DNA from: an uncultured Verrucomicrobiae bacterium | GTDB taxonomy: Bacteria; Verrucomicrobiota; Verrucomicrobiia; Chthoniobacterales; UBA10450 | DNA: 64,000 bases | Assembly (NCBI GenBank): GCA_963756875.1 | Contig: CAVWPA010000001.1 | Location: 224,001-288,000, forward strand | Reading direction: 5' to 3' | Shown here: positions 1 through 10,778 of the stretch, one piece after another | Layout of the letters: every line of letters starts with the position of its first letter | Numbering within the stretch: the stretch's first letter is position 1 | Notes under the pieces: model-generated | Database searches by the model: none | What the model was told of the DNA's origin: nothing | Seen by the model: only the letters and a program-made list of their open reading frames with translations | Position numbers and translations under genes: made by a program

Positions 1-1
1 C

Positions 2-583
2 ATTAAGATCATGTTCCCGATGATCTCCGGTCTGGAAGAATTACGCCAGGCGAAGTCGGTCCTGAACGATTGCAGAAAGGAATTGCACGCCGCCGGGACC
101 AAAATGGGCGAAAAAATGGAGGTCGGCGCCATGATCGAAATCCCGAGCGCTGCCATTGCGTCGGACATACTTGCGCGCGAAGTCGATTTTTTCAGCATCG
201 GCACAAACGATTTGATTCAATACGTCATCGCGGTCGATCGCGTGAACGAGCGCATTGCGCATCTTTACGAGCCGACGCATCCGTCGGTTTTGCGCCTGTT
301 GAAGCTGACCACGGATGCCGCGCACGCGAGCAACATCTGGGTCGGTGTTTGCGGTGAGATGGCGAGCGATGTCGCCCTCACGCCACTTTTGCTTGGCTTT
401 GGCGTAGATGAATTGAGTGTGGGAGCGATGTCTGTGCCCCGGGTGAAACTGGCCGTGCAGAGCCTGGCCGTTCCGGAATGCAGGCAGCTTGTCGACGAAG
501 TGCTCAAGCTTGAGACAGCATCCGAAATTCTGGCGCGCTCCCTCGAGCTGGCCAACAAGCGTTACGGCGATTTGCTCGGGTGA
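2..583 (+). CDS. ptsI: Phosphoenolpyruvate-protein phosphotransferase (PTS enzyme I), C-terminal part; 5' truncated by window
   Basis: IMFPMI, MIEIPSAA, FFSIGTNDLIQY, VGVCGEMA motifs of the PEP-utilising C-terminal domain. Confidence 0.93.
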   Translation: MKIMFPMISGLEELRQAKSVLNDCRKELHAAGTKMGEKMEVGAMIEIPSAAIASDILAREVDFFSIGTNDLIQYVIAVDRVNERIAHLYEPTHPSVLRLLKLTTDAAHASNIWVGVCGEMASDVALTPLLLGFGVDELSVGAMSVPRVKLAVQSLAVPECRQLVDEVLKLETASEILARSLELANKRYGDLLG

Positions 584-592
584 TCAACCTGG

Positions 593-715
593 TGTCATCC
601 CGAGCTGCGCAGACGGCGAGGAACCTCACAACTGGCCGTCGATGCCCTCAACATTCAGCGTCCCCAAAAACACGAAGCGCGTGATGTGAGGTTCCTCGCT
701 ACGCTCGGAATGACA
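593..715. repeat. REP-like inverted doublet (TGTCATCCCGAGC...CGAGGAACCTCACA / TGTGAGGTTCCTCG...GCTCGGAATGACA)
   Basis: Long inverted arms between convergent genes; related half copy at 3341-3370. Confidence 0.8.
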
Positions 716-735
716 GGCCGTGTGCAGGCGCCGCG

Positions 736-1218
736 CTATTCTTCCTCGCTCGATCCCGCCTCGGGATCGGGCTTGAGCCCTTCCTCTTCCATCTTTCGCA
801 GCACGTCGCTCATGTCGTCCACTTCGTCCCAGACCTCCTGACTTACGTAAATCGGGGCTTTTTGCTGAGTGGCGATGGCAATGCAATCGCTCGGTCGCGC
901 ATCGAGCTCGATGATTTTTTTCTGCTGCAACTCGTTCTCGGCGCGAATGATCGCGCGCGCGTAATAAGTCGCGTTCTTGAGATCGTTGATGATCACGCGC
1001 TCAACTTTTGCGCCGAGAGCTGTCATCAGGTGCGCCATCAGGTCGTGAGTAAGGGGACGCTCCTTCGTGATCTCGCGCATAAACATGGTGATCGCGCTCC
1101 CGACGGTTTGATCCACGTAGATGATAAACACCTTGTCGTTGTTCCCTATGAAAACCGCGCACCCGCCGCTGGTCGGCAAAACGGCGCGCACCTGCACTTC
1201 GATCACCGTCTTATTCAT
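736..1218 (-). CDS. Bifunctional nuclease family protein (DUF151)
   Basis: RPLTHDL and LDARPSDCIAIA motifs. Confidence 0.9.
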   Translation of the reverse strand: MNKTVIEVQVRAVLPTSGGCAVFIGNNDKVFIIYVDQTVGSAITMFMREITKERPLTHDLMAHLMTALGAKVERVIINDLKNATYYARAIIRAENELQQKKIIELDARPSDCIAIATQQKAPIYVSQEVWDEVDDMSDVLRKMEEEGLKPDPEAGSSEEE

Positions 1219-1361
1219 CCCGGTGAACGTTATCCGCGCAGAGAGGAAAAACAAGCGGAGCGCTAGATGAAGCAGGCGTGAAATTTTTTTTTAAGCCGCT
1301 TGCATGTTTTGCGTGCTCATTGAAAATGCGCATGCGGCCGGCTGCCGCGCGATAAAGCGAA

Positions 1362-3318
1362 ATGAAAAGCGACTGGGACCTCGAGTCTGCGATCGCCACC
1401 TACAATGTGGATAGATGGGGCGGCGGTTATTTTACGATTAGTGCGAGCGGCAACGTCATCGCCAAACCGCTTCAAGAAAACGGCGGCTCAATCGATATTC
1501 TTGAAGTCGTCAACGAAGCGCGCAATCGCGGGCTGCCTTTCCCGCTGGTCATCCGCTTCCAGGATTTGCTGCGGCACCGTGTGGAATCGGTCAACCGCGC
1601 GTTTCAAGCGGCCATTACTGAGTTCGGTTACAAGAATCATTACCGCGGCGTCTTTCCGATCAAGGTCAACCAGTTGCGCGAAGTGATCGAGGAGATCGTC
1701 GACGCGGGGCGGCAATTTCATTTCGGGCTCGAAGCGGGCAGCAAGCCGGAACTGGTCGCCGCGCTCGCAATGCATAAGGACCCTGAGAGCCTGATTATTT
1801 GCAATGGCTACAAGGATCCCGCGTATATCCGGATTGCGTTACTTGGCCGCAAACTCGGCAAGTCGGTCGTTATTGTGGTCGAGAAGCTCGAAGAGTTGGA
1901 GCAAACGATTCGTGCGGCGAAGGAAGTCGGAATGGAACCGCTGATCGGCATTCGCGTTAGGCTTTACAGCAAAGGCGCGGGAAAATGGGCGCCGAGCGGC
2001 GGCGAGAACGCGAAGTTTGGTCTGGATACGACTGGGCTCGTGGCGGCAAGCGAGATGTTAAAAGCCGCCGGACTGGCGCACTGTCTGAAGCTCGTTCATT
2101 TCCATGTCGGCTCGCAGGTGCCGGACATTTCCAGGATCAAGCGCGCCGTGCGCGAGGCGTCACGATACTACGCAAAGCTGGCCAAACTCGGACACGAACT
2201 CGGCTATCTCGATGTGGGAGGCGGGCTGGGTGTCGATTATGACGGATCGCGCAGCGATTTTGACAGTTCGGCAAATTATTCGCTGCAGGAATACGCGAAC
2301 GACGTGGTCTGGAACATCATGGATGTTTGCGATTCCGAAGGGGTCCCGCACCCGGCCATCGTGAGCGAAGGGGGGCGGGCCATCGTTGCGCACCATTCCG
2401 TGCTGGTGGTGGAAGCCTTCAGTTCCATCGAAAAGACTGTGCCGAAAATAAAGGTCGAGGCGAACGAGAAGGACCACAAACTGGTGCACGATATTCTCGA
2501 CGTGAAAGCGCGGCTGAAACGCAGCAATCGCATCGAAAGTTTGCACGATATCCAGCAAATCAAGGAGGAATCCCAGCAGACGTTCGACCTCGGGCTGCTC
2601 GAGCTCGAATCGAAATCGAAGATCGACACGGTCTACTGGCAACTGGCACAGCAGATCGTCAATATGCACCGCGGTCTGCGTTATGTGCCCGATGAAGTGA
2701 AAGAACTGGAGACGTCGCTGGGCGATCAATACATCTGCAACTTCTCCGTGTTCCAATCGTTGCTCGATCACTGGGCGCTCGGCCAGCTCTTTCCCATTAT
2801 GCCGATCCATCGCCTGACCACTCCGCCCGACCGCCACGGAATGATCGTCGATATTACATGCGATTCAGACGGAAAAGTGTCGAAGTTCACCGACCTGCAG
2901 GATGTACGCGAAACGCTTCCCCTTCATCGCATCGTGCCCGGAGAGATGTATTACCTCGGCGTCTTCATGGTGGGCGCCTATCAGGACATCATGGGCGACC
3001 TGCACAACCTCTTCGGACGCGTCACCGAGGTGCACGTCTTTCTCGATCCCGACGAAGAATCGGGCTGGTACATCGAAGAGGTCATTGAAGGCAGTACCGA
3101 TCGGCGAAGTTCTTTCGATGACCCAATGGGACAAGGTCGAATTGATGCGCCTGCTCAAAACGCAGGTGGACGGGGCCATTAAGAGCGACCGGTTGAAGCC
3201 GAACGACGGGATGAGACTTCTTTCCGACTACGAACGGCTCCTTCAGGAATACACTTATCTGAGCCTCAACGGGACCAAGTCGCCACCCCCGCGCGGGAAC
3301 TGGCTGCCACTGAGCTAA
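1362..3318 (+). CDS. speA: Biosynthetic arginine decarboxylase; +1 frameshift at ~3097-3099
   Basis: FPIKVNQ, GLEAGSKPEL, HFHVGSQ, YLDVGGGLGVDYDGS, DITCDSDG; C-terminus (IGEVLSMTQWDK...) continues in next frame to 3318. Confidence 0.93.
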
Positions 3319-3340
3319 GCTGGCTTTTCCCGCGCGTGCT

Positions 3341-3370
3341 TGTCATTTCGAGCGAAGTCGAGAAATCTCT
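3341..3370. repeat. Single REP-like unit TGTCATTTCGAGCGAAGTCGAGAAATCTC
   Basis: Resembles the arms of the 593-715 element. Confidence 0.6.
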
Positions 3371-3380
3371 TACTGTTGGC

Positions 3381-4775
3381 ATGAAGCAAGTTTCCGCAAT
3401 CTCCGTCAAAAATGCACTGCAGAGTTCCGCGCCCATTCCGGAAATCGTGGTGCAGGGCTGGGTGCGAACACGGCGCGATTCGAAGGATTTTTCGTTTATC
3501 GAGCTGAGCGACGGCTCGTGTTTGCGCAATCTCCAGATCATCGCGAAAAGCACGCTGTCGAATTACCCGGCGGTGCAACGGTTGGCCACTGGCGCCTCCA
3601 TTATTGTGCACGGCGCGCTGGTCGCCTCGCAGGGCAAGGGACAAAACTGGGAAGTCGTTGCCGACAAGATCGACGTCGTTGGCAATACGGACGAATCCTA
3701 TCCGCTGCAGAAGAAAGGGCACACGCCGGAGTTTCTGCGCGAGATCGCGCATCTTCGTCCCCGCTCCAATCTGTTTGGCTGCGTCTTTCGTGTGCGCAGC
3801 CGGCTGGCATTTGCCATTCATCAATTCTTTCACGAGCGCGGCTTTGTTTACGTGCACACGCCGATCATTACCGGGAGCGATTGCGAAGGCGCGGGCGAAT
3901 TGTTTCGCGTGACCGCAATCGATTGCCAGCAGCCGCCGCGGACGAAAGAGGGCGCGATCGATTACACGAAAGATTTCTTTGCGCGCCAGACGTATCTGAC
4001 GGTAAGCGGTCAACTCGAGGCGGAGGCGTTCGCCTGCGCGCTGTCGAAAGTTTACACGTTCGGTCCGACGTTTCGTGCCGAGAACTCGAATACTTCACGG
4101 CACGCCAGCGAGTTCTGGATGATCGAGCCGGAAATGGCGTTCTGCGATCTTAACGGGGACATGGATCTCGCGGAAGAGATCGTGAAATATCTCATTGTCG
4201 ATGTCCGAGCAAACTGCGCGGAAGAACTCGAGTTGTTTGCCAAGTTCGTGGACAAGGAATTACTTTCACGACTCGATTTTGTGGTCGATCGGCCGTTTCA
4301 ACGGATCCCGTACACCGAGGCGGTCGATCTTCTGGCGAAGAGCGGCGAAAAATTCGAGTTCCCGATTTCGTACGGACTGAATCTGCAATCGGAACACGAG
4401 CGCTGGCTTACCGAGAAACATTTCAAATGTCCGGTCACGGTTTTCAATTATCCAAAAGAGATCAAACCGTTTTACATGCGTTTGAACGACGATGACAAAA
4501 CCGTGACAGCAATGGACCTGCTGGTTCCGGGCATTGGCGAAATCGTCGGTGGAAGCCAGCGCGAGGAACGGCTCGACGTGCTGGAAGCAAATATGCGCCG
4601 CCACAAAATGGATCCCGCCGATTACAAATGGTATCTCGATCTCCGCCGTTACGGAACGGTGCCGCATGCCGGTTTCGGTCTCGGCTTCGAGCGGATGCTC
4701 ATGTTTGTGACCGGCGTCTCAAACATTCGCGACGTGATTCCATTCGCGCGCACACCCGGCAGTGCGGAGTTCTAA
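3381..4775 (+). CDS. asnS: Asparagine--tRNA ligase
   Basis: [47 protein letters not shown]. Confidence 0.96.
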   Translation: MKQVSAISVKNALQSSAPIPEIVVQGWVRTRRDSKDFSFIELSDGSCLRNLQIIAKSTLSNYPAVQRLATGASIIVHGALVASQGKGQNWEVVADKIDVVGNTDESYPLQKKGHTPEFLREIAHLRPRSNLFGCVFRVRSRLAFAIHQFFHERGFVYVHTPIITGSDCEGAGELFRVTAIDCQQPPRTKEGAIDYTKDFFARQTYLTVSGQLEAEAFACALSKVYTFGPTFRAENSNTSRHASEFWMIEPEMAFCDLNGDMDLAEEIVKYLIVDVRANCAEELELFAKFVDKELLSRLDFVVDRPFQRIPYTEAVDLLAKSGEKFEFPISYGLNLQSEHERWLTEKHFKCPVTVFNYPKEIKPFYMRLNDDDKTVTAMDLLVPGIGEIVGGSQREERLDVLEANMRRHKMDPADYKWYLDLRRYGTVPHAGFGLGFERMLMFVTGVSNIRDVIPFARTPGSAEF

Positions 4776-4777
4776 AT

Positions 4778-4848
4778 TGGTAGGATCGGCGCGCTGCGCC
4801 GACCGGACAGTCCGAGCCGGACTGGCACCACAGCGCGATGTCCCTACC
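4778..4848. repeat. GTAG-type REP doublet with nested 18-nt palindromic insert
   Basis: GGTAGG...CCTACC ends; matches reverse complement of 58985-59038 apart from insert AGTCCGAGCCGGACTGGC and a few substitutions. Confidence 0.8.
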
Positions 4849-5431
4849 CAACAAATTTTCGGATCGCGTCGAGGATACACCGATCGACGTCTTCCTGTGT
4901 CTGGCCGGCCTCTTGCAGATCGCGTTTTGTCACGCGTAGCGAATGGTCTCCGCCTTTCACGACATGCAAAATATTGAGAGTGTTCATCTGCGCGCGAACC
5001 TGTTCGAGAAGCTCCAGCGGACAGAGCGCGTCGCGCGTGCCCTGAACGAACAAAATAGGCGTTCGCAAGTCGCGCAAAACCTGGTCGCGCAACTTCGATC
5101 GATCGCCGCCGGCGCAAAGCGGGTATCCGAGGCAGATCACCCCCGCGACTCTTTCTTCAAGCGCGACATGGCATCCCACGCGGCCGCCCATGCTTTTGCC
5201 GATCAGAAAGATCGGACCGGACGCTTTTTTACGCCCGCCGTTCAGCGCCTGCCGATGTGCCGCGATAAGCCGCGGAAGAGGGTCGGGCCGTTTCCGTCCC
5301 TCCCGCATGTAATCGTAATCAAATGTTTCAATTTCGCCAATCTCGGCCAGGTAGTTCTTCCATTTCTGCATCCAGGGATGCGACGAAGGCGCACCCGCGC
5401 CGGGCGCAAAAAGAAAAAACGGTTTTGCCAT
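4844..5431 (-). CDS. Alpha/beta-fold hydrolase (KANL3/Tex30-like)
   Basis: PGAGA, GKSMGGR nucleophile elbow, LGYPL, QGTRD, GGDH. Confidence 0.85.
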   Translation of the reverse strand: MAKPFFLFAPGAGAPSSHPWMQKWKNYLAEIGEIETFDYDYMREGRKRPDPLPRLIAAHRQALNGGRKKASGPIFLIGKSMGGRVGCHVALEERVAGVICLGYPLCAGGDRSKLRDQVLRDLRTPILFVQGTRDALCPLELLEQVRAQMNTLNILHVVKGGDHSLRVTKRDLQEAGQTQEDVDRCILDAIRKFVG

Positions 5432-5922
5432 TATCCTCTCTCCAGCTTGCGCGCTCGGATCCAATCGATCAATCGATCGAGAAAAGCTGTTTGCGCCTGC
5501 TTCATTTTGCGTCTCGCCGAGTCAATCGAAAAGAAATCGGCCCGGTCAACTTCGGGAAACGTTTGTTTGCGACCGGAATGCGGCGGCCATTCCATTTCGA
5601 AGGTGTTTGATACCAGCTTAAAATTGCGCGGCAAATCGCCCTCGAACGCCCACGCATACACTATCTTGCCGCCTTTTTGTTTCACGCTTCCAAGGTTAGT
5701 CCAATCTTCCGAAGAGGGCGCAAAGCCCACTTCTTCTTCAAACTCAATTCGCGCGCGCGTTCGTAAATCTTCCGCTTCGCTGGCTTCGCCTTTTGGAATC
5801 GACCAAACGTCGTCATCCTTGTTTTGAAAAAATGGGCCGCCGGGGTGAACAAGAAGGACCTCAAGTTCCGCATTTTTCATCCGAAACATCAGGAGGCCAC
5901 TACTGATTCTTGAGCGTTTCAT
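5431..5922 (-). CDS. NUDIX hydrolase
   Basis: LLVHPGGPF, WSIPKGE...ARIEFEEEVG Nudix box, FPEVDRA. Confidence 0.88.
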   Translation of the reverse strand: MKRSRISSGLLMFRMKNAELEVLLVHPGGPFFQNKDDDVWSIPKGEASEAEDLRTRARIEFEEEVGFAPSSEDWTNLGSVKQKGGKIVYAWAFEGDLPRNFKLVSNTFEMEWPPHSGRKQTFPEVDRADFFSIDSARRKMKQAQTAFLDRLIDWIRARKLERG

Positions 5923-5969
5923 TTCTCTCCGCTCTCGCATTGTGCCAGCTCAACTTTTAGATTCAAACG

Positions 5970-8102
5970 ATGCTTGAAGGGGTTGAAGGATCTCGCGAAA
6001 TCGAGAAAGCGGATGTCCTGATCGTCGGAGTAGTCGGCTATTCAGATTTGCCCGGCGCCCGACGTCGGCAGGCACTGGATGAATTGGACCGGGTCGTGCG
6101 GAGCGGGGTGCGGTTCCGCGTGGCCGATGTTGCCGGTAAAGTTCTTTGTGGCCCGACCGGGGACGGCATGGCCCTCGCATTTTTCGGCGATGCGGAGGCG
6201 GCGATGGAATGCGCGATGGAAATTGCTGTTGCGATAAAGGACCATCCGGAAATCAAGCTCAGAATGGGTCTGCACAGCGGTCCGGTGAGCCGGGACGCCG
6301 ATGCTGAGGAGGGCGGGAGCCTCAGCGGAGCAGGGGTCGAACTCGCGCGCGATGTGACGGACTTTGGGGACGCCGGTCACATTCTGCTCTCGAAACGGAT
6401 TGCATATGGTCTCGCGGCGGTTCCGCGCTGGAATGTTCACTTATACGAACTCGGAGACTGCGAGACGGAGAGCCGCCGCCAGAACGTCGCACTGGTAAAT
6501 TTTTACAGCGAGGAAATTGGCAACCCGGAAACACCGACGAAGGTAAAGCGTGCGCGCGAGGAAGCGGCGCGGATCGCGAGGCTTCGCCGTTGGCGTCGGC
6601 CAGTCAGCATGACAGCGGCTGCTACGATTATTTTGGCGGTTGCCGTCACGGGAATTTTCTTTCTGCACAAACACCTGGCAAGAATCACTCCAGCGCGACT
6701 GCCGAGTCGGGTGTTGGAAAAAAGCGTTGCCGTCCTGCCCTTTGTCGATCTGAGTCCGGCGCGAGATCAGGAATATTTTTGTGACGGCGTCAGCGACGAA
6801 ATTCGCAGTTCGCTGGCGAAGGTCAAAGACCTGCGGGTGATCGGCCGCACGTCGTCGCTTGTCTTTAAAGGGAGTCACGCAGACCTGAGCGAAGCGGCGC
6901 AGAAGCTGGACGTGCAGAACCTTCTTAAAGGCAGTTTGCGCCGCGATGGGAGCTGGGTGCGCGTGAGCGCGCATTTGATCAACACTCGGAGTGGTATCGA
7001 GACCTGGTCGAAAACATCCGACAACCAGGTCTCTGAGCTGCTTGCAGTGGAGGACGAAATTGCGCGCTCCGTCGTTGATGTGTTGAAACTCAAGGCCCCC
7101 GTTGCGGCGCATCGGCTCCAGGCGCCTGATACATTGGCATACGACCTTTACCTGCAAGGGCTTTTCCTTTCTCGCAAAAACAGCGAAGAGGATTTGCGTG
7201 CCGGTCTCGATTTTTTCCGACTGGCGCTGGCCAAGGATCCGCAGCTGGGACCGGCTTTTATGGGCACTGCCGGGATTTGGTTGCGGCTGGCTGAAGCCTT
7301 GATTCCGCCACTCAATGCCTATCCTCAGGCTCAACTGGCGGCCGAAAAGGCGCTCGCGCTTAATGGAGACGACGCAGACGCGCACGTTTTTTTAGGGGAA
7401 ACCAAGCGCATCTTCGAGTGGGACCTGAAGAGCGAGGAAGCGGAGCTGGGGCGCGCACTTGAGATCGATCCCAACTCCGTACCGGCGCATTTAATTATGG
7501 CCAGACTGAAGACAGATCTCGGCGATTCCGAGGAGAGCTTTGCCCAGATGCGCCAAGCGGTTCGGCTCGATCCGCTTTCTCCGCTCGTCGGCCACTTTGA
7601 AGTGAGGGTGGACGTGGCAAACGATCGACTCAAGGAAGCACTTACCGCAACGAAGCGCACCATGGATATCGATCCCGATTACACCTACTTCGAGCCGGAC
7701 CTGGCGCTGGTTTATCGCGAGCAGGGGAGGTTGCGCGAAAGTCTCGAGATCTATTTACGGCTGGAGAAAACAAGACATCAAGCGTTGCCAGGGCTAGCCA
7801 TTACCTACGCGCGAATGGGCAAGAAAGACGAAGCGCGCAAAGCTCTCAACGCATTAATTCAAATGGCCGATAAACGATATATTCCAGCCGAACAGATCGC
7901 TTCCGTCTGCGTCGCGCTTGGCGAAAAAGAAGAAGCGTTTCGCTGGCTCGAGCGCGCCATTAACGAGCATTCCGCGACAATTCACGACATTGCTGTTGAC
8001 CGCGAATTTCAGTCTTTGCACTCGGATCCACGCTTTTCCGATCTCCTGCGCCGCATCGGGATCGATCCTGCGAGGTTCCAAAATCGTTCTCCTCATTCAT
8101 AA
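5970..8102 (+). CDS. Adenylate/guanylate cyclase-like + TM + TolB-like + TPR protein
   Basis: TGDGMAL, LRMGLHSGPV; TM; KSVAVLPFVDLS...QEYFCDG; TPRs; LHSDPRFSDLLRRIG tail. Confidence 0.85.
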   Translation: MLEGVEGSREIEKADVLIVGVVGYSDLPGARRRQALDELDRVVRSGVRFRVADVAGKVLCGPTGDGMALAFFGDAEAAMECAMEIAVAIKDHPEIKLRMGLHSGPVSRDADAEEGGSLSGAGVELARDVTDFGDAGHILLSKRIAYGLAAVPRWNVHLYELGDCETESRRQNVALVNFYSEEIGNPETPTKVKRAREEAARIARLRRWRRPVSMTAAATIILAVAVTGIFFLHKHLARITPARLPSRVLEKSVAVLPFVDLSPARDQEYFCDGVSDEIRSSLAKVKDLRVIGRTSSLVFKGSHADLSEAAQKLDVQNLLKGSLRRDGSWVRVSAHLINTRSGIETWSKTSDNQVSELLAVEDEIARSVVDVLKLKAPVAAHRLQAPDTLAYDLYLQGLFLSRKNSEEDLRAGLDFFRLALAKDPQLGPAFMGTAGIWLRLAEALIPPLNAYPQAQLAAEKALALNGDDADAHVFLGETKRIFEWDLKSEEAELGRALEIDPNSVPAHLIMARLKTDLGDSEESFAQMRQAVRLDPLSPLVGHFEVRVDVANDRLKEALTATKRTMDIDPDYTYFEPDLALVYREQGRLRESLEIYLRLEKTRHQALPGLAITYARMGKKDEARKALNALIQMADKRYIPAEQIASVCVALGEKEEAFRWLERAINEHSATIHDIAVDREFQSLHSDPRFSDLLRRIGIDPARFQNRSPHS

Positions 8103-8177
8103 TCGTTTTTGCTCTCAGCAAAGTCTCTCGCTACACCGGAGCTTTATGCGAAGATCGGGAATCTCTTCCTTTTTCGA

Positions 8178-9269
8178 ATGAAGACGAAAAGTTTCCAAAT
8201 TACCGCAGAGATCTCTCGCGCTGAAACACTCCCCGCGGAAGTATATTCCGATCAGGTCTGGTACGAGCGGGCCAGGGAAAAGATTTTCGCGTGCTCCTGG
8301 CAGTTGATTGGCGAAACCGCACAAGTGAAATCGTCCGGTCACGTGCGGCCGTTCACGCTGTTGGAAGGCTGTCTCGACGAGCCGTTGCTCTTGAGCGTCG
8401 ATGAAAAAATGTGCACGCATTGTTTGTCGAATGTCTGCACCCATCGCGGCGCGCTCGTTGTGGAAGGCGACGGGCACCTCAAAAATATGCGCTGCCGGTA
8501 TCATGGGCGGAAATTTGCGCTCGATGGTTCGTTTGCGTCGATGCCGGAATTCGACGGCGTGGCAAATTTCCCGAGTGAAAAAGAGAATCTTCCCCGCGTT
8601 GCGCTGGAGCGCTGGGGCCCGTTCCTCTTTTGTAACCTGCAACCGGCTTTCCCATTCGCCGAGCTGGTTACGCCGATGAATGAGCGCGTGAATTTTCTTC
8701 CGCTCGATCGCGCGGTATTCGACCTATCAACCTCGCGCGACTATTTCATCAACGCGAACTGGGCGCTGTACTGCGACAATTATTTGGAGGAATTTCATTT
8801 GCCTTATGTACACGGAACAAGTCTTGCCGGGCTGAATTACGGCGAATATCGCACCGAGCTTTATCCGTACGGGACGCTGCAGCTCGGCGTCGGCAAGTCG
8901 AAGGAGGATTCGTTCGCGTTGCCTAAAGGTCATCCGGACTTTGGAAGCAATATCGCCGCCCTCTACTACTGGCTTTTTCCGAACCTGATGTTGAATTTTT
9001 ATCCGTGGGGCTTGTCTCTCAATGTCGTCTCCCCGCTTGGCCCGGAGCGGACGAAAGTCTCGTTCCTGAGTTACGTCTGGGACGAAGCCAAACGCCGAAA
9101 TGGCGTCGGCGCCGATCTTCACCGCGTGGAAATGGAGGATGAGGAAATAGTCGAATCAGTCCAGCGCGGTGTCAGGTCGCGCCTGTACGATCGCGGCCGG
9201 TACTCCCCCCGGCGCGAAGCGGGGACACACCATTTTCACAAACTTCTCGCGAAGTTTTTGAACGACTGA
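8178..9269 (+). CDS. Rieske aromatic-ring-hydroxylating oxygenase alpha subunit (choline monooxygenase-like)
   Basis: CTHRG...CRYHG Rieske ligands; DNYLEEFHLPYVH; ED...VESVQRG. Confidence 0.85.
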   Translation: MKTKSFQITAEISRAETLPAEVYSDQVWYERAREKIFACSWQLIGETAQVKSSGHVRPFTLLEGCLDEPLLLSVDEKMCTHCLSNVCTHRGALVVEGDGHLKNMRCRYHGRKFALDGSFASMPEFDGVANFPSEKENLPRVALERWGPFLFCNLQPAFPFAELVTPMNERVNFLPLDRAVFDLSTSRDYFINANWALYCDNYLEEFHLPYVHGTSLAGLNYGEYRTELYPYGTLQLGVGKSKEDSFALPKGHPDFGSNIAALYYWLFPNLMLNFYPWGLSLNVVSPLGPERTKVSFLSYVWDEAKRRNGVGADLHRVEMEDEEIVESVQRGVRSRLYDRGRYSPRREAGTHHFHKLLAKFLND

Positions 9270-9343
9270 GGCTTCCGAATTGGCACCTGTCGCGGTCGAA
9301 TAATCCCATCCAGAGCGGCACTTACCTGCGTTCGTTTGATGTT

Positions 9344-9862
9344 ATGTACACGAAAACTTTTCTATTGGGTGCCGTTTGCGCGGCATTGCTGCTATTCCCG
9401 AGCCACGCTGCCTTTGCTGCAACGAAGGGTGAATCTTCGAGCGAATCCAAGGCCAACATCTCGTTTATGAAGAAGGCCGCCAACGCCAACATGACAGAAA
9501 TTCAACTTGGTAAAATCGCGCAGGAGAACGGACAAAAAGCAGATGTCAAAAGCTTTGGCGAGCGAATGGTAAAGGATCACGGGAACGCGAGCGACCAGTT
9601 AAAAACAGTCGCGGAGAAGCTCAATGTGCGGCTGCCGAAGAAAGTCAACGCAAAGCACCAGGCTCTGGTCGACAAGCTTTCAAAGCTCAAGGGCGCGAAC
9701 TTCGATAAGGCATACGCGAACGCAATGGTCGAAGACCACAGGAAAGTGATAAAACAATTCGAGAAGGCCCAGGGCGAAGTGACGCAACCCGATCTGAAGA
9801 AATTTATCGACGACACGATTCCAGTCTTGAAGACGCACCTCGAGCTGGCGAAAAAGTTATAA
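9344..9862 (+). CDS. DUF4142 domain secreted protein
   Basis: Signal peptide; FGERMVKDH, FDKAYANAMVEDH, HLELAKKL. Confidence 0.88.
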   Translation: MYTKTFLLGAVCAALLLFPSHAAFAATKGESSSESKANISFMKKAANANMTEIQLGKIAQENGQKADVKSFGERMVKDHGNASDQLKTVAEKLNVRLPKKVNAKHQALVDKLSKLKGANFDKAYANAMVEDHRKVIKQFEKAQGEVTQPDLKKFIDDTIPVLKTHLELAKKL

Positions 9863-9973
9863 AATCGCTACCGCAAACGTTTCTTTGCCGAGCTAGCTTG
9901 GTTTGATCCCGCGGCGTTGCGGCTCCATTCAACGTCGGCCCCCGTTTTCGCGGCTAATCCGTGCCGTCTGGCG

Positions 9974-10711
9974 TTATCGCTTGCGCGAACCAAGCGGCAA
10001 CAACATTGGGGTTTCCCGCCGATATTGCCGGTAGTCGTCGCCGTGAAAACGAATCAGATCGCGCTCCTCGAACTGGATGGCAACCAGCATGTAAGCGGTC
10101 GTCATCAATGCGAAGAAAAGATGGCCTACGGTCATGGACGGAATGCTCCAAAAAGCGATGATGAAACCCAAATAAATGGGGTGGCGAACGAACTTGTAAA
10201 GCGTCGGGGTCCTGAAAGCGGACGGCTCATGAGGCCGGCCCGCCAAGTAGTTGTAGACTTGTTTCATCCCGAACAGATCGAAATGATCGATGAGATAAGT
10301 TGAGACAAAGACGACGCCCCACCCGATCCAGAACAAAGCCAGTAGCAGAGTGCGGCCACCTGAATTTTGCACGTCCCACACGATCCCTTTCATCGGTAGC
10401 CATTGCCAGAAAAGGAGCAGCAAAATCAGACTCGCCATGAGCACGTAGGTGCTGCGCTCGACCGGCTTCGGAACGATTTTCGTCCAGACGCGTTTGAACC
10501 ATTGGCGTGCCATCACGCTGTGTTGAACCGCGAAAAGGCTCAGCAAAATGGCGTCAACGACGAATGCCTGCGCAAATGGCGCTTTCGGACCGGAATCGAT
10601 CGATTTGGGAACAATGAAATTGCCGACGAACCCGATTGCATACAAGAATGCGATTAGGAAGATGACGTAGCATACCAATCCGTAAAGAAACGCGATGATC
10701 CGGCCTAGCAT
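9974..10711 (-). CDS. mddA: Methanethiol S-methyltransferase (MddA-like, ICMT superfamily)
   Basis: [63 protein letters not shown]. Confidence 0.75.
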   Translation of the reverse strand: MLGRIIAFLYGLVCYVIFLIAFLYAIGFVGNFIVPKSIDSGPKAPFAQAFVVDAILLSLFAVQHSVMARQWFKRVWTKIVPKPVERSTYVLMASLILLLLFWQWLPMKGIVWDVQNSGGRTLLLALFWIGWGVVFVSTYLIDHFDLFGMKQVYNYLAGRPHEPSAFRTPTLYKFVRHPIYLGFIIAFWSIPSMTVGHLFFALMTTAYMLVAIQFEERDLIRFHGDDYRQYRRETPMLLPLGSRKR

Positions 10712-10778
10712 ATGAGCCTCCTTTGGTTTGCTTCGAACGCAGGGTAGTGTCCTACAACTGGAGGGCAAGCTTAAAGCA

